64,000 nt of DNA from Podarcis liolepis (lineage: Eukaryota): the NCBI GenBank assembly GCA_965112155.1, contig OZ218104.1, one strand, 5' to 3'. Each line of letters begins with the position of its first letter. Positions within the stretch are counted from its first letter, which is position 1. The translations under genes were made by a program, and so were the position numbers. Positions 35,501-45,800 of this stretch are shown piece by piece. The notes beneath the pieces were generated by a model. The model saw nothing but the letters and a program-made list of their open reading frames with translations. It had not been told where the DNA came from and did no database searches.

Positions 35501-38500
35501 CTGTACAAAACAGCAAGCAGAAGGTGCAGTTTCTTTCTTTAAGCAAGAAGCCAAGTAAGTGAACAATCAAAATGGTTCCTGTACAGCAGGCTACACTCTC
35601 TTGGCCAGAAAGCGGCGAGGCACTACAAACCAGTTGCAGAAGTGGCACCCAAGCAGAAAGTGGATGGAACATCCACTTTCTTTCTCCCTCTTCACTCCAT
35701 CCATTCTCTCATGCATGCATGCACACACAAACCCCCACACCAAGCACCCTCTATCTCCTTCATCCATAGCCCTATCTTCTCTTCCTCTCCAGACTGGGTG
35801 GATTAGCTGTGCTGAAGAAAGTAGAGTCCCCCAGATTGCTCACTTGTGCTGAACAGTATTGACAAACTGGCTACTCCCTCATCTGAGATCTAGCTATCAC
35901 CTTGGTATCTGAAAGATCCAATATGTATTCTCAAACCATCCTAGTTTTCCTAATCCGAGACTAGAGTGTGGTTTCTGCACTCTACGCACCTCCCTCACCA
36001 AAACACCCTTTCATTATACTACTCTCTACATCTCTCCCCCCCACCCCACCCCATCATAAAAAGAAGCACTTATTAACACCAGCTTAATATTTGATTCTCA
36101 AGTGACTGTTGTTTAGATGACCCATAGGTTTTTAAACCTATTCTTAAGAAACTGTGAACAAAGAGGTGGAGGTGGGTAGACACAAACCTGCCCAAGGTTC
36201 AAACATGTCACCATTATCATCCAGAAATAAACTAGCCTCTCAATCAAACATCTCAAGCACTACCCTTAAGGCAAGTAATTTGCGCCCCCTAACCCCTAAC
36301 CTGCTGCCGCTGCCAGCTTCTTCTTGCTGCTGCTTAGGCTGGGCTGGTGTGGTTCTCTCCCGCACTCAGCGCTGCGCTGGGCGGCCGCTGCACTGTCCCT
36401 CTCCCAGATAGTCCCTCGCTCTCTCTCCACACCACACGCCTGGCACCCACCCCCTCCACAGTGGGCGGCGACCCAGCGGCTCGGATCGGATTCGCACAGC
36501 CAGCACTGCAGTGAGAGAGAGTGAGTGAGCCAGGTAGGGGCAGAGAGCTGCGAGTGTGAGCGCCCACCCCAAGATGTTGCGCCCGGTGCGGCCAGCCCCC
36601 CCTGCACCCCCCACGCTACGCCACTGCCCTTAAGCACCACCAAGCTGGTAACACCAGTGTCAAAAGTCTTTAATTTCTTCCTATGGAAGAAACTACAGTG
36701 CCTGCCTGCATTTTCTGGCATAACAAGGGGGAATGAAAGGCCTAGGACTGGAGTCATGAAGATACGCTCCAGCACAAGCACCTGACCATGCCCAGCCCAG
36801 CCTCATTTTCTGAGCTACATGCTTCACAAGCATCCTTGAGGTGGTTGACTCTGCACTGGGCTCCAAATTTGTTTGGTGAAGATGTGCTGCAACTGATTTA
36901 CCTGAGGAAGCTGGGTGCTGGCAGAACACAGCCAAACAGCCTCCCCTCTTACCAGAACATGGGGTGATCCAGACCCCTGAAGTTAGGCCACAGTGACAAA
37001 TAAGGCCCCCAACGAGAATCACTGGCTGTGGATTCATGAAGCAAAGAAAGCAGGAGCGGAACCCAGCCGGACTGACTCTCCAGAGAGGCTTGCTCTATTA
37101 AAGGTAAATAAAATAGAGTGTAAGAACGCCAAAACTATTATCTGTTAAGAGAGCAAGCCAAATCAGCCAGAAACCTACGTCCATAGTAGAGAATACAACT
37201 CTCCAATCTCACTCAAGGATGACAGTTTGGGGCATTCTGAAGAATCTGGAAGCTTACTGAGGAGTTTGCCGTTTCCTCCACCCCGTTTACAAGTATCAAC
37301 ATGCACATTCTTCTTTATAGGACAATAGCACAGCCTTCCATCAACCTGGTGCCCTCCAGCTGTTGGACTATAATTCCTATCATTACCATGGCTGGCTGCC
37401 AAAACTGTACACCATAGGTCAGCAATCTGGGGGCCTCTACCTCCTTTAGCACAACCAGACACATGCAGAGAATATGGATATATTAATAGAGGGTACTGTG
37501 TGTGCGCGCATATGTACTATGCCAAGTGGGGCTGGTGGGAGTTGTAGTCCAATAGCATCTGGAGGGCACCTACTTAGCAAAGGCTATTCTATATGATAGA
37601 AAGCACACTGATGCTGGTTGGGGCTGAGAGTTGTAATTCAAAACAGCTGGAGGGCACCTGGTGGTTGGACAGGCTGCCCAATGAACATGAAGCTTTTAAT
37701 GAAGCTACAGAATTCCCCCCAAAACCATTCCTGTACCTTTCTCTAGTAGGGAAGAAAGGGGGCTTGTGTACTGCGAAAGGACTGCCGTTCTTGGGATGGT
37801 GAAAAGGACTTCTCCTGCCTCAATGTCTTCCCTGGCCACCAAGCCATAATCAGCTACTGTGCCCTCTCTGCTCACGCTGACCTACAACACAAGAAAAGAA
37901 AGTTTTTTCTCCAACTCCAAAAGGTGTTTTTTTTACTACAACCCTTAGTTACAGGTCCCTGGTTAGCGTCACAAAAGCCAACCCTTAATAGCTTAATTAC
38001 CCTTTTGTACTCACAAGTGTAATCGGGAGTACTTGGAGCCTGATCTTTATTGTTGCAACAAGACTTCCTACTACCACAAAGATGAAGCAGCCAGAAGCCT
38101 AATCAATGGGTTACACCTGTATTTCAAAGTTTCCCAAAGTTTCCCATAATACATCTCATGTCACAGAAAAGGCATGGTCTCAGGTAGAACCTGAGATCCA
38201 GGCATGCCCCTGTCACTCAAATATAGTCTTTCACACTTCATCACAGTACAAAGGAAAGAATTTACAGTTCCCTGGTCGCTGAGTCAAGTCAAATGCAACC
38301 CTTTTTCTTGTCTGGGCTATCACCAGTCATGACTCCTTAGGAAGGCCCTGAAGATGGGCGGGACTGTACATCTTGGGGATTACAGTGGGCTCTCTCACTC
38401 CACCCCTTATACCTCACTTCCATGGGTCCTAAATGCCATTGGAACTGAGAAGATTAATACAAGTGGCTTCTTACGAATTTCTGAAGTTTTCCCACTCAGC

Positions 38501-39532
38501 CAGTACATAGATACATTTATCAGTGAATTGCTATTTTCCTTTGCTGGAGACCTGGGGTTCAGTGGGGAGTCACAGGCTCCTGAGCTGAGCTTCCCTTGCA
38601 GATGCAATGCCTTTGCAGATATGTTGCTGTTATTTTCTCGTTTGGGGGGTGTCTCTCACCCCCCCCCTTCCAATTTCCTAGTAACACAAGTCAGGTAACT
38701 AAAGAGTGATACAGCCATTTTCTAACTATTTTAGCTCCCCCAGAGTGGCAATATTAACCGACCATTAGCAGCTGTTAGAAGGGAAGCAGGAAAAGGAGCC
38801 AGACTAGATTAATGCAGAGTAAAATGGTCTGATTGATGCATGTGAAGTAACAAGATTAAAGTTACTACAAGTCTACTCCAGGTTTTCATTATCTTATTCA
38901 TGCCGGTTCCTGTTTGCTGCTGCCCGGTTCCTTTGGATGAATGTTTTTGTTTTAAAGCATTTTATTATTAGGACGGGTGCATATTTAATGCTACAAGTTT
39001 CATTTCGGCTTGAATTTTCCGGGTGGTTCTGCACTGCCTTCCGCTCCTTTACTGCTGGGAACCGCACTTCCTCCCCCTGTGTTGTGTGAGCCGCCTGGGA
39101 GTAGGAGTCACCCGCAAAGGGCAGGTGAAATTCAAAGGGAATTTGAATGAAGAGCGGCCTCCCCTTAACACCTGGCCACGGGGCCTCGGCAAGGAAGCCT
39201 CTCGTTTCCCCCGGGGGGGGGGGATGGAGGGGCCTTTCCCCCTCGGCCAGACTCTCCCCGCCGGCAGGGAGCGGCTGGCCCAATCCCTTCGGGCCCGCGG
39301 AAACCCCTGGCGGGCCGTACCTTAGCGCTCAGCTCCAGGCCCGCGTCGGCGCACCAGCCCAGGAAGGCGGAGAGGACGCCCGAGTCACTCGTCGCCGCCG
39401 CCTCCTCCACCTGCGGAGCACAGAGAGAAAGAGAGAGCGAGGTGCTAAGGCCTCCCCGCCGCCGCCCACTAGCCGCCCCTCAGGCGGTCCGGCCGCCAAA
39501 CCCACCTTGGCGCACTTGGCCGCTTTCGCCAT
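29184..39532 (-). CDS. SETD6: SET domain-containing 6, protein-lysine N-methyltransferase (complete, 9 coding exons, 454 aa)
   Basis: Exons sum to 1365 nt with an open frame. SET motifs [13 protein letters not shown] and EIFNTYG...LLHMYGF, plus a Rubisco-LSMT-type C-terminal domain; syntenic with CNOT1 and NDRG4. Confidence 0.96.
29955..30181. mobile_element. Older Tigger-like MITE
   Basis: Degenerate TIRs (ccatggtaccttggt...aaccaaggcaccactg) flanked by TA. Confidence 0.75.
31269..31411 (-). CDS. SETD6: SETD6 exon 8
   Basis: [32 protein letters not shown]...MALK. Confidence 0.94.
31984..32164 (-). CDS. SETD6: SETD6 exon 7 (GC donor)
   Basis: [22 protein letters not shown]...KAALQ; donor AAG|gcaaga. 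Confidence 0.92.
34040..34163 (-). CDS. SETD6: SETD6 exon 6
   Basis: [41 protein letters not shown]. Confidence 0.95.
35306..35500 (-). CDS. SETD6: SETD6 exon 5
   Basis: [18 protein letters not shown]...LVAFVMAY. Confidence 0.95.
36271..36626. mobile_element. Same hAT MITE family, longer copy in opposite orientation, one TIR deleted
   Basis: Shares both subterminal regions with 50952-51120; TSD CCCTTAAG at 36263-36270 and 36627-36634. Confidence 0.88.
36953..37094 (-). CDS. SETD6: SETD6 exon 4
   Basis: [20 protein letters not shown]...LDHPMF. Confidence 0.94.
37737..37881 (-). CDS. SETD6: SETD6 exon 3
   Basis: [31 protein letters not shown]...LLEK. Confidence 0.94.
39321..39410 (-). CDS. 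SETD6: SETD6 exon 2
   Basis: [30 protein letters not shown]. Confidence 0.92.
39506..39532 (-). CDS. SETD6: SETD6 coding exon 1
   Basis: ATG in ggcATGG context; MAKAAKCAK|gtgggt. Confidence 0.85.
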
Positions 39533-40509
39533 GCCGGACGCACCCGGAACCACGAATGCCCAGATGAGCCTGCGCGCGGGGAAAAGGCTCGTCTGACGCT
39601 ACGGGGCGGAGCCGCAAAACCCCGCCCAGGAGGGAGGGGCTATTTCGCGGTTCCCTGAAGCTGCCTAGCAATTAGGCAGCCGCTCACTCTCCTCCGTGTC
39701 CTCGTAGCAGGGAGTTCCGCTGGCCGCCCCGTTAGTTTTTAAGATATCGTTACAAAGCCGCTTTTAGCAACCACGGGCAGTGCGCCCTGGGGCGCTTCGC
39801 TCCGTCTTCTGCCCCAGCCGGGCTGCTGCTGCTCCTCTTCCTCAGGGGCTCCGACGGTGCTCTCGGTTCTTTCCAAAAGTTAAGCACTTGTGCAATACCA
39901 CAAGTGCCAGTAAATTCTTTCGATACATGCGGGGAACCAACTCTAGCAATATGTGCAAGGCGGACTGGAGTCAAATATGCTTTTTTTTCACAGTTCCCGC
40001 ATGCAGAGTTGACACACTTCCCGCAGGTCTCCCTTAAACCATTCCCGTTCTGCTCCCTGGTCCTGCTCCACAGCAACTGTTTCTCTTTGGCTAGAATATA
40101 TTCTTGAATGGTGAGAAGGCCTCTCACTTGCCTGGATGGAGAGACGTTTGCGTATGTGGGTTTGTATGTATCTGGGTTTTGCACTACTGCAAGGGAGCCT
40201 ATTGCACAAAGGTTAAGAGTCATATGTCTTGCTCTTCCCACTTTTGCCTCTGACCCTGCCCATCATTTACATCTGGCCCCTGAAAAGTTCCCCACAAGGG
40301 GATCTGGCCCTTGGGATGAAAAGTGTTTCCCACCCCTGAGATATGGCAAAGGGGACAGAGGAAGCAATTGTGCTTTGCCAGGGGGCTGCCCATTCTATCC
40401 TCACCTTTCTTTGTGGGCTGTTCTCCTCCTCTCACCCGTTTGTTAGAGGAGAGGAGTTGTTGCTGTTGGATGTGTTCACCTGGAGCGTCAAGGCAAGAAG
40501 CAGCAAGTC

Positions 40510-40990
40510 AGAGCCTTGTGGCACTTCAGAGACCAACACATTTATTATAACGGCTTAAGCTTTCGTGGACAGCAGTCCAGTTCAACAGATGCATGAGCTC
40601 ATTACATCCTGAGTTGTAGGTCTACATGGTTGAGGAAGAGAGCTGTAAACACTGAGAGGAAATACAGAAGAGCACTGAGTGTATTCTGCTATTAACAGTT
40701 TTAATACCGGTAATTACATTATCTACAGGTTGCAGTCTCCCTTTCCCATTTGTTCCAGTATGTCCATCTTAATGTCAATTATAGCGGGTTCCGGGAAGTG
40801 GAAATGTTTCCCCACGTGTTTCTTGATATTGTCATTTCTGATGTCCATTTGTGTCCATTTATTCTTTTGTATAGAGGCTGCCCTGTTGTATTAAGTAGAG
40901 TGCATGAGGACAATATTGGCAGATGGTGGCATAAATCACATTGGAAAATATAATCGCTTATGGCAAATGTTTTCAAGCTTTATGGGTCCA
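40510..40990 (-). mobile_element. Penelope-like retroelement 3' remnant (GIY-YIG fragment and hammerhead-like terminal region)
   Basis: Frameshifted peptides SNVIYATICQYCPHALY / TGQPLYKRINGHK / DIRNDNIKKHVGKHFH, then CTGTTGA-stem-GAAAGCTTA and AATAAA. Confidence 0.8.
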
Positions 40991-41832
40991 CAGCTCCCTT
41001 GACCAACTACATTCTTTCTGCGGCACCCCTATAGGGCTGAGGAGCCCAATTATGTCACACCTTGCCTGCAGAGCTGGCAGCCCCTCACCCCTTTTTCGAA
41101 CACCCTCCCTTGCGGAGTGTTTTCTCAGCCTCCTCTCTTCTCCCCTCTCCTTGGGAGTTCTCTGGGCAGCCGCAGCTGCTGCTCCTGGTCTGAGCTGCCC
41201 CTCATCCCACCCCAAAAAGAGGTGCCTCCTCACACTGCCCCACAGGGGACTGGGGAGCACCCCCTGACCAGTCCCAGAGGCACCATTCATTCACCTACGG
41301 AGCATGTAGCCAGGACTGCTGCAACAGACAGCTGTGCAAGCCTTTGGGAGGCAAAGACACAAGAGAGCATCAGAGGGGGGAGGGAAAGAAAGAGGGACAG
41401 AGACCAGTGTTGCCCGTGGCACCCCTGACCATCATTCAAGGCACTCCATGACACACTGCTTGAAAACCACTGGCTTATGGATTGAATCAACACAAATTGA
41501 ATCACATGGCATGTGTCAACACAACTTTTTTGGAGGGGTGGTGCATGTAAAAAAATATTCAGAGTGCTCTGAATGGGATTTCCTCAGAAGCCCCATTCAA
41601 AGTGCTGTGGAAAATAGTCAGAAAAAGGTCACCTGATCTCATTATGACATCAGGTGATTGACAGGTAGGCAGCTCCACCCACCTACAAGTTGCCTCAAGG
41701 GAGGTCACAATCTGGCCCCTGGGCTTGGAAGGCTCCCCAGCCCTGATATATTGGATTCTGCTAACAGTAAATAAATAAATGTGAATAAGCTGCCGCTTCG
41801 ACTGCAAAGTGAGTCTGCTTGATCTTAATATC

Positions 41833-41838
41833 TTTATT
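41833..41838 (-). terminator. Probable NDRG4 polyadenylation signal
   Basis: Minus strand reads GTGTTGAAAACTAATAAAGAT after a U-rich distal 3' UTR block. Confidence 0.7.
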
Positions 41839-44800
41839 AGTTTTCAACACAATAATCCTCTCTACATCAATGGGTTTGTTTGTTTGTTTGCCTTGTTTTA
41901 CATTTTGTAGATATTGTGGCATCAATGCAACCAGAGAGCATCAACAACCATCATGCACAAAAATATTACATTTCACCTCATACAGAAAAAAGAAATCCAT
42001 TAAATTCCACCTTAATCAGGAAAATGTTTCTTTAAAAAAATCCAATTCCCCCCACCCCCACCCCACAGTAATAGCTAGATCACCTTCAAATGAAAAGCGG
42101 CACATTGGTTGCCAATTGCTACAAGTAAATGGCAGGGGTGGAATCCAAGATAAATATTATATATAGGAATTTATAGATCTATCTCATCTGAAAGAACACA
42201 TCAAGAAAAAAGGCAACAATATCTACAGCAGCCTCCTCCAACCAGGTGCCCTCCAGCAGGTGTTCTCTCCTGCAACTTCCTTCAGCTCCAGCCAACTTGG
42301 GTGTGTGATGCTGAGAAGCTGATGGGAGCTGTAATCCAACAACCTCTGGAGGGTCCCAGGTTGGCAAAAGCTGATCTACAGTAAAAGAGGGTCCTAGTAG
42401 CCTTCAATCATTCATATTTAAAGTTTAGAAGGAAGCACACAAAATAAAAGAGTCTGAGATTAGAGGATTACATCAAACAGAGAGTGTGTCTGGACTGGTT
42501 GTGGCAACATCAAACCATTTAAATGCAAAGATGCCTGGGCTACGCACACATATATACCCCTTGACATGCGCATTGTCAGGAGCGAGAAAGTCAGGTGCAA
42601 AGCCTGCCGAGTAGCAGAGAGGCGAGACAGAACTCCTCGCAAGCTGCTTGTTGCTCTTTGGGCCAAACCCCACTTCAAGCTCTTTGCTTGCGTGGAAACG
42701 CAGCGATGTGCACGATTGGTGATGTGGGTGGGGTGTTTCATCAGTAAAAAGAACTGAGTGTCTGACATGAGATCAGGATGCGGTAAGGATGCATTTGGGA
42801 TTCAGCAAGAACGATGGGCTGGGTGGTCCAGCAGCAGTTTGGGGAAAGGAAGGAGAAGGGTATATTGGCTCATTTGGAGCCCAGAGTGGCATGGACAAGA
42901 GCCTTTCTGGTTTCACGTCAATAGCAGGCTTACAGTAATGCAGAGCAAGTAGGGAGAATCGCCTCTTCAAAGGCATGATGAATGTGCGGAACTTGAGAAG
43001 AAATGCGAAGGCAAATTCTTGCTAACTGTTCCTCCTCCAAACTCTGAAAGGGGTTCTGAGATGAATTGAAATGGAAAGACCTCAATAAATTAACAGCCCC
43101 AGAGCCACGGGGTGGGGTGGGGGGCTGCCTGAGACCTATCCTAGAGGACACACACGTTTGCTTCCCTCTGGTTTTGTGGTGCTGCCAGAACGGAAATGAG
43201 GCACTGTCCCAGAGAGCACTCAGGTGGTTGCGGGGGGATCCTTCAGAAAGTCAGGAAGGACAAAGCACAAGATGACAGGGTGGCATGCTAGTACGAAGCA
43301 TAACCACATCGTGAGGGGACAGAGTGAAGGGGCTGGATGCTAGGCAAACAGGGCACCTTTTGAAGTGAGGATCCCGCAAGCCTCTTTACTGGAATTGGGG
43401 GAACGTATCCTGTAACGTTAATTAATGCATATAGAATTGCCCCCCTGAGAGCCTCCATCTAATGAAAGGACCAATGGAACTTATGGGTAACTTCTTGAAT
43501 ATAAGAGTAATTATCATTTAATGCTTATTAAAGAGTCTATTTTTTTCTAAGTGCCATACAGCCATACAGATATTAAAACACAAGAAGACCCTTGCTCACA
43601 GGCTCACAATGTACTCAACAGGAAAAGAGTGGGGAGGAAATTCAAATGAACATTGCCTTTTTATCCCCCCCCCCTTAACTGTGATGACATTACAGTGAGT
43701 AAATAAATACTAGATGAAATACTTCATAAGGGAAACCACAGAGGCTGCTGTCGTGTGGGCGAGAGAATGGGTCTCCTGTGGGTCAATTGGAACAATGGCC
43801 TCTATCCAATGCTAGTTCTACTCAGAGTAGAACTTAAGTGGATACAGCATCTAATGTGGACAGGCACAGTCTGGGGGCAGATATCCCAGCACCTTCACAT
43901 GATCCATCACATCCCTGAGGTGCAGAGGGGGCCACAGACAAAACTTCAGGATCAGGGCCTTCCATGAGGCTACCTGTTTTTTCATACAGGCGGGAGCATG
44001 GAGGAGATGTGACCAGTCCCCTCTAGGGCTGTTTTGGGGAGGAAGCTCTTTATCCCCATCAACACAAGCCTTACACAGTAGAGGCTGGAGTATAACACCC
44101 CCAAGGGTGCCTGCCTAGTTGGGAATATTTTTATGTTTTTATTTTCTGTGTTGTGTTTTAAAATAGTTCTTGTACCCTGCTCTGGGACTGTTGATCAAGA
44201 ACAGGAAACAAATATTTAAAATAACTAAATAAATGCCATGTTCCTGGGCCCCATTTTCCCTCTTTCAGGCTGGATAAGCTTCTGCTACTTATTCCTGCTG
44301 AGCCTAAAAGCATATGCACAACCCAGCACTGCTTTCTAGGGGGGTTTCCTTCAAGGGAAGCATCCTGGGAACAGTTACTGTGCAAGAGTATCAAGCATCT
44401 ACTATTCCTGAGGGGAAAGCCACAAGGGTTAGCATGGTCTAAACATGCGTAAATGTGCCCTTGTGTTTTTGATTCCCGCCACTGATTGTCCTTTTAAAAA
44501 AATTAATAAGCTATGGTAGTAGGGGCAGCAACAAGTGTTACCCAATGGCCATTTATAGCACTGGTTAAAAGGCTTGAGGAAACCCCAAAGAAATCCTAAA
44601 ACCAACTATGACCTTTCCCTACCCCTTATGCTTGGAAAGTCTTGCTGCTCATTCCTAGTATGGGGGGGGGGGCGCACACAGGTTCCCACTTTCTGCTTTT
44701 GACTGAATTTACATGTAGGGGAAGGAAATGATGCAATAGGACCCCCATGGATGGTTTTCTACAGCAAGCTGGAGAAACGGCTCGACTCTATGGACAAGTT

Positions 44801-44984
44801 CCTACCCAGTTAAGCCCCAATTTCTGTTGTCTTTCCAGCAAAACCTGCCGGCACAGAGTCAGCCACCAAAAAGGCTTTCCAAAGCTGTGGAACTAAAAAG
44901 CTTGTGCTCCAAAGCCAAAGAGAAGGGTAGAAATTAAGAGGCATTTGCCTTCAAGGCTGCAATTTCCCTCCTTCCTGAACCAGT

Positions 44985-45165
44985 GCTGTAAAGTGGTTGG
45001 AGTGTCAGACGAGGACCTTGGGCCAGTCACTGCCTCTTTCAACTAGCCTACTTCACAGGGTTGTTGTGGGGATTAAATGAGGAGGGGTGAACCATGTATG
45101 CCACCTTGAGCTCCTTGGAAAAGAAAAAGGAGGGATATAAGTGTCTGAAAATAAACAAGTAAGTA
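44985..45165 (+). mobile_element. Internally deleted Squam3-like SINE in NDRG4 3' UTR
   Basis: Same core and tail, antisense to NDRG4. Confidence 0.7.
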
Positions 45166-45639
45166 AACCACTGCACGGGTACACTGTGGATTAATTGTTG
45201 GGCATCTAAGCTGAAGGGCCCACGAGAACACTCTCCCCCTTCTGACTCACTGGGTGAGTGGCTTTTCTGAAGGAGAGGCACCCTGGCTAAGCAGGTGTAA
45301 AACATCCCTCCTGCTCGCCTTGCCTCAAGCTGTGCAGAGGGACATGCCTGCCGCTTCCAAGCCAGCTAGAAACCAACCCAAGGGAATCGCCCTGGTTCAA
45401 AATGGCGCCTGGGCCTATGGGTGGAGGTGGCCGTTGACATCAAGCTGCTGCTGCTTCCCACTCTCCCTATGCCCCCTCCCAACTTTGTATTCCATAATGT
45501 GAAAGGAAAAGAAAGACGGCAAAAGAAATTAAAGCCACAGGAAGCCGCAGGGGATGGAGCCAGCTGGAGAGTGACTGGATGAGTGGGCCCTCGAGGTCAC
45601 CCGTGAAGAAGACGGTGAGGAGGAGTAAGGTGGAGGTCC

Positions 45640-45800
45640 TCAGCAGGACACCTCCATGGTGTGGTTGATCTGCCCCATGGCCTCGCTGCTCTCCGAGTGG
45701 GTACAGGCTCTTGGGCGGTTGCCCCCGCCCTCCACAGAGCTGGCGCTGGTGAGGGAAGCCGTGCGGGAGCGGGCCAGGCGCGTCATACTGGCAGAGGGCA
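45640..45800 (-). CDS. NDRG4: NDRG4 last coding exon
   Basis: [24 protein letters not shown]...NHTMEVSC*. Confidence 0.96.

Larger units (their letters stand above)
39080..39870 (-). promoter_or_regulatory. CpG island / SETD6 promoter with GC box
   Basis: Strongly GC- and CpG-rich region over exons 1-2; GGGGCGGAGC (Sp/KLF site) at 39603-39612; no TATA box seen. Confidence 0.85.

Noticed and set aside
35481-35672. Minus ORF containing SAWVPLL, resembling SETD6 exon 4 (SGWVPLL)
   Set aside because: The true exon 4 is at 36953-37094 with proper splice sites. The similarity does not extend beyond a few residues.
39884-39907. Perfect 9-bp stem hairpin gcacttgtg/cacaagtgc near the SETD6 promoter
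   Set aside because: Short enough to arise by chance in 64 kb; no supporting context.
39750-40241. 163-aa minus ORF upstream of SETD6
   Set aside because: No recognisable domain or splice context; it sits at the GC-rich edge of the CpG island.
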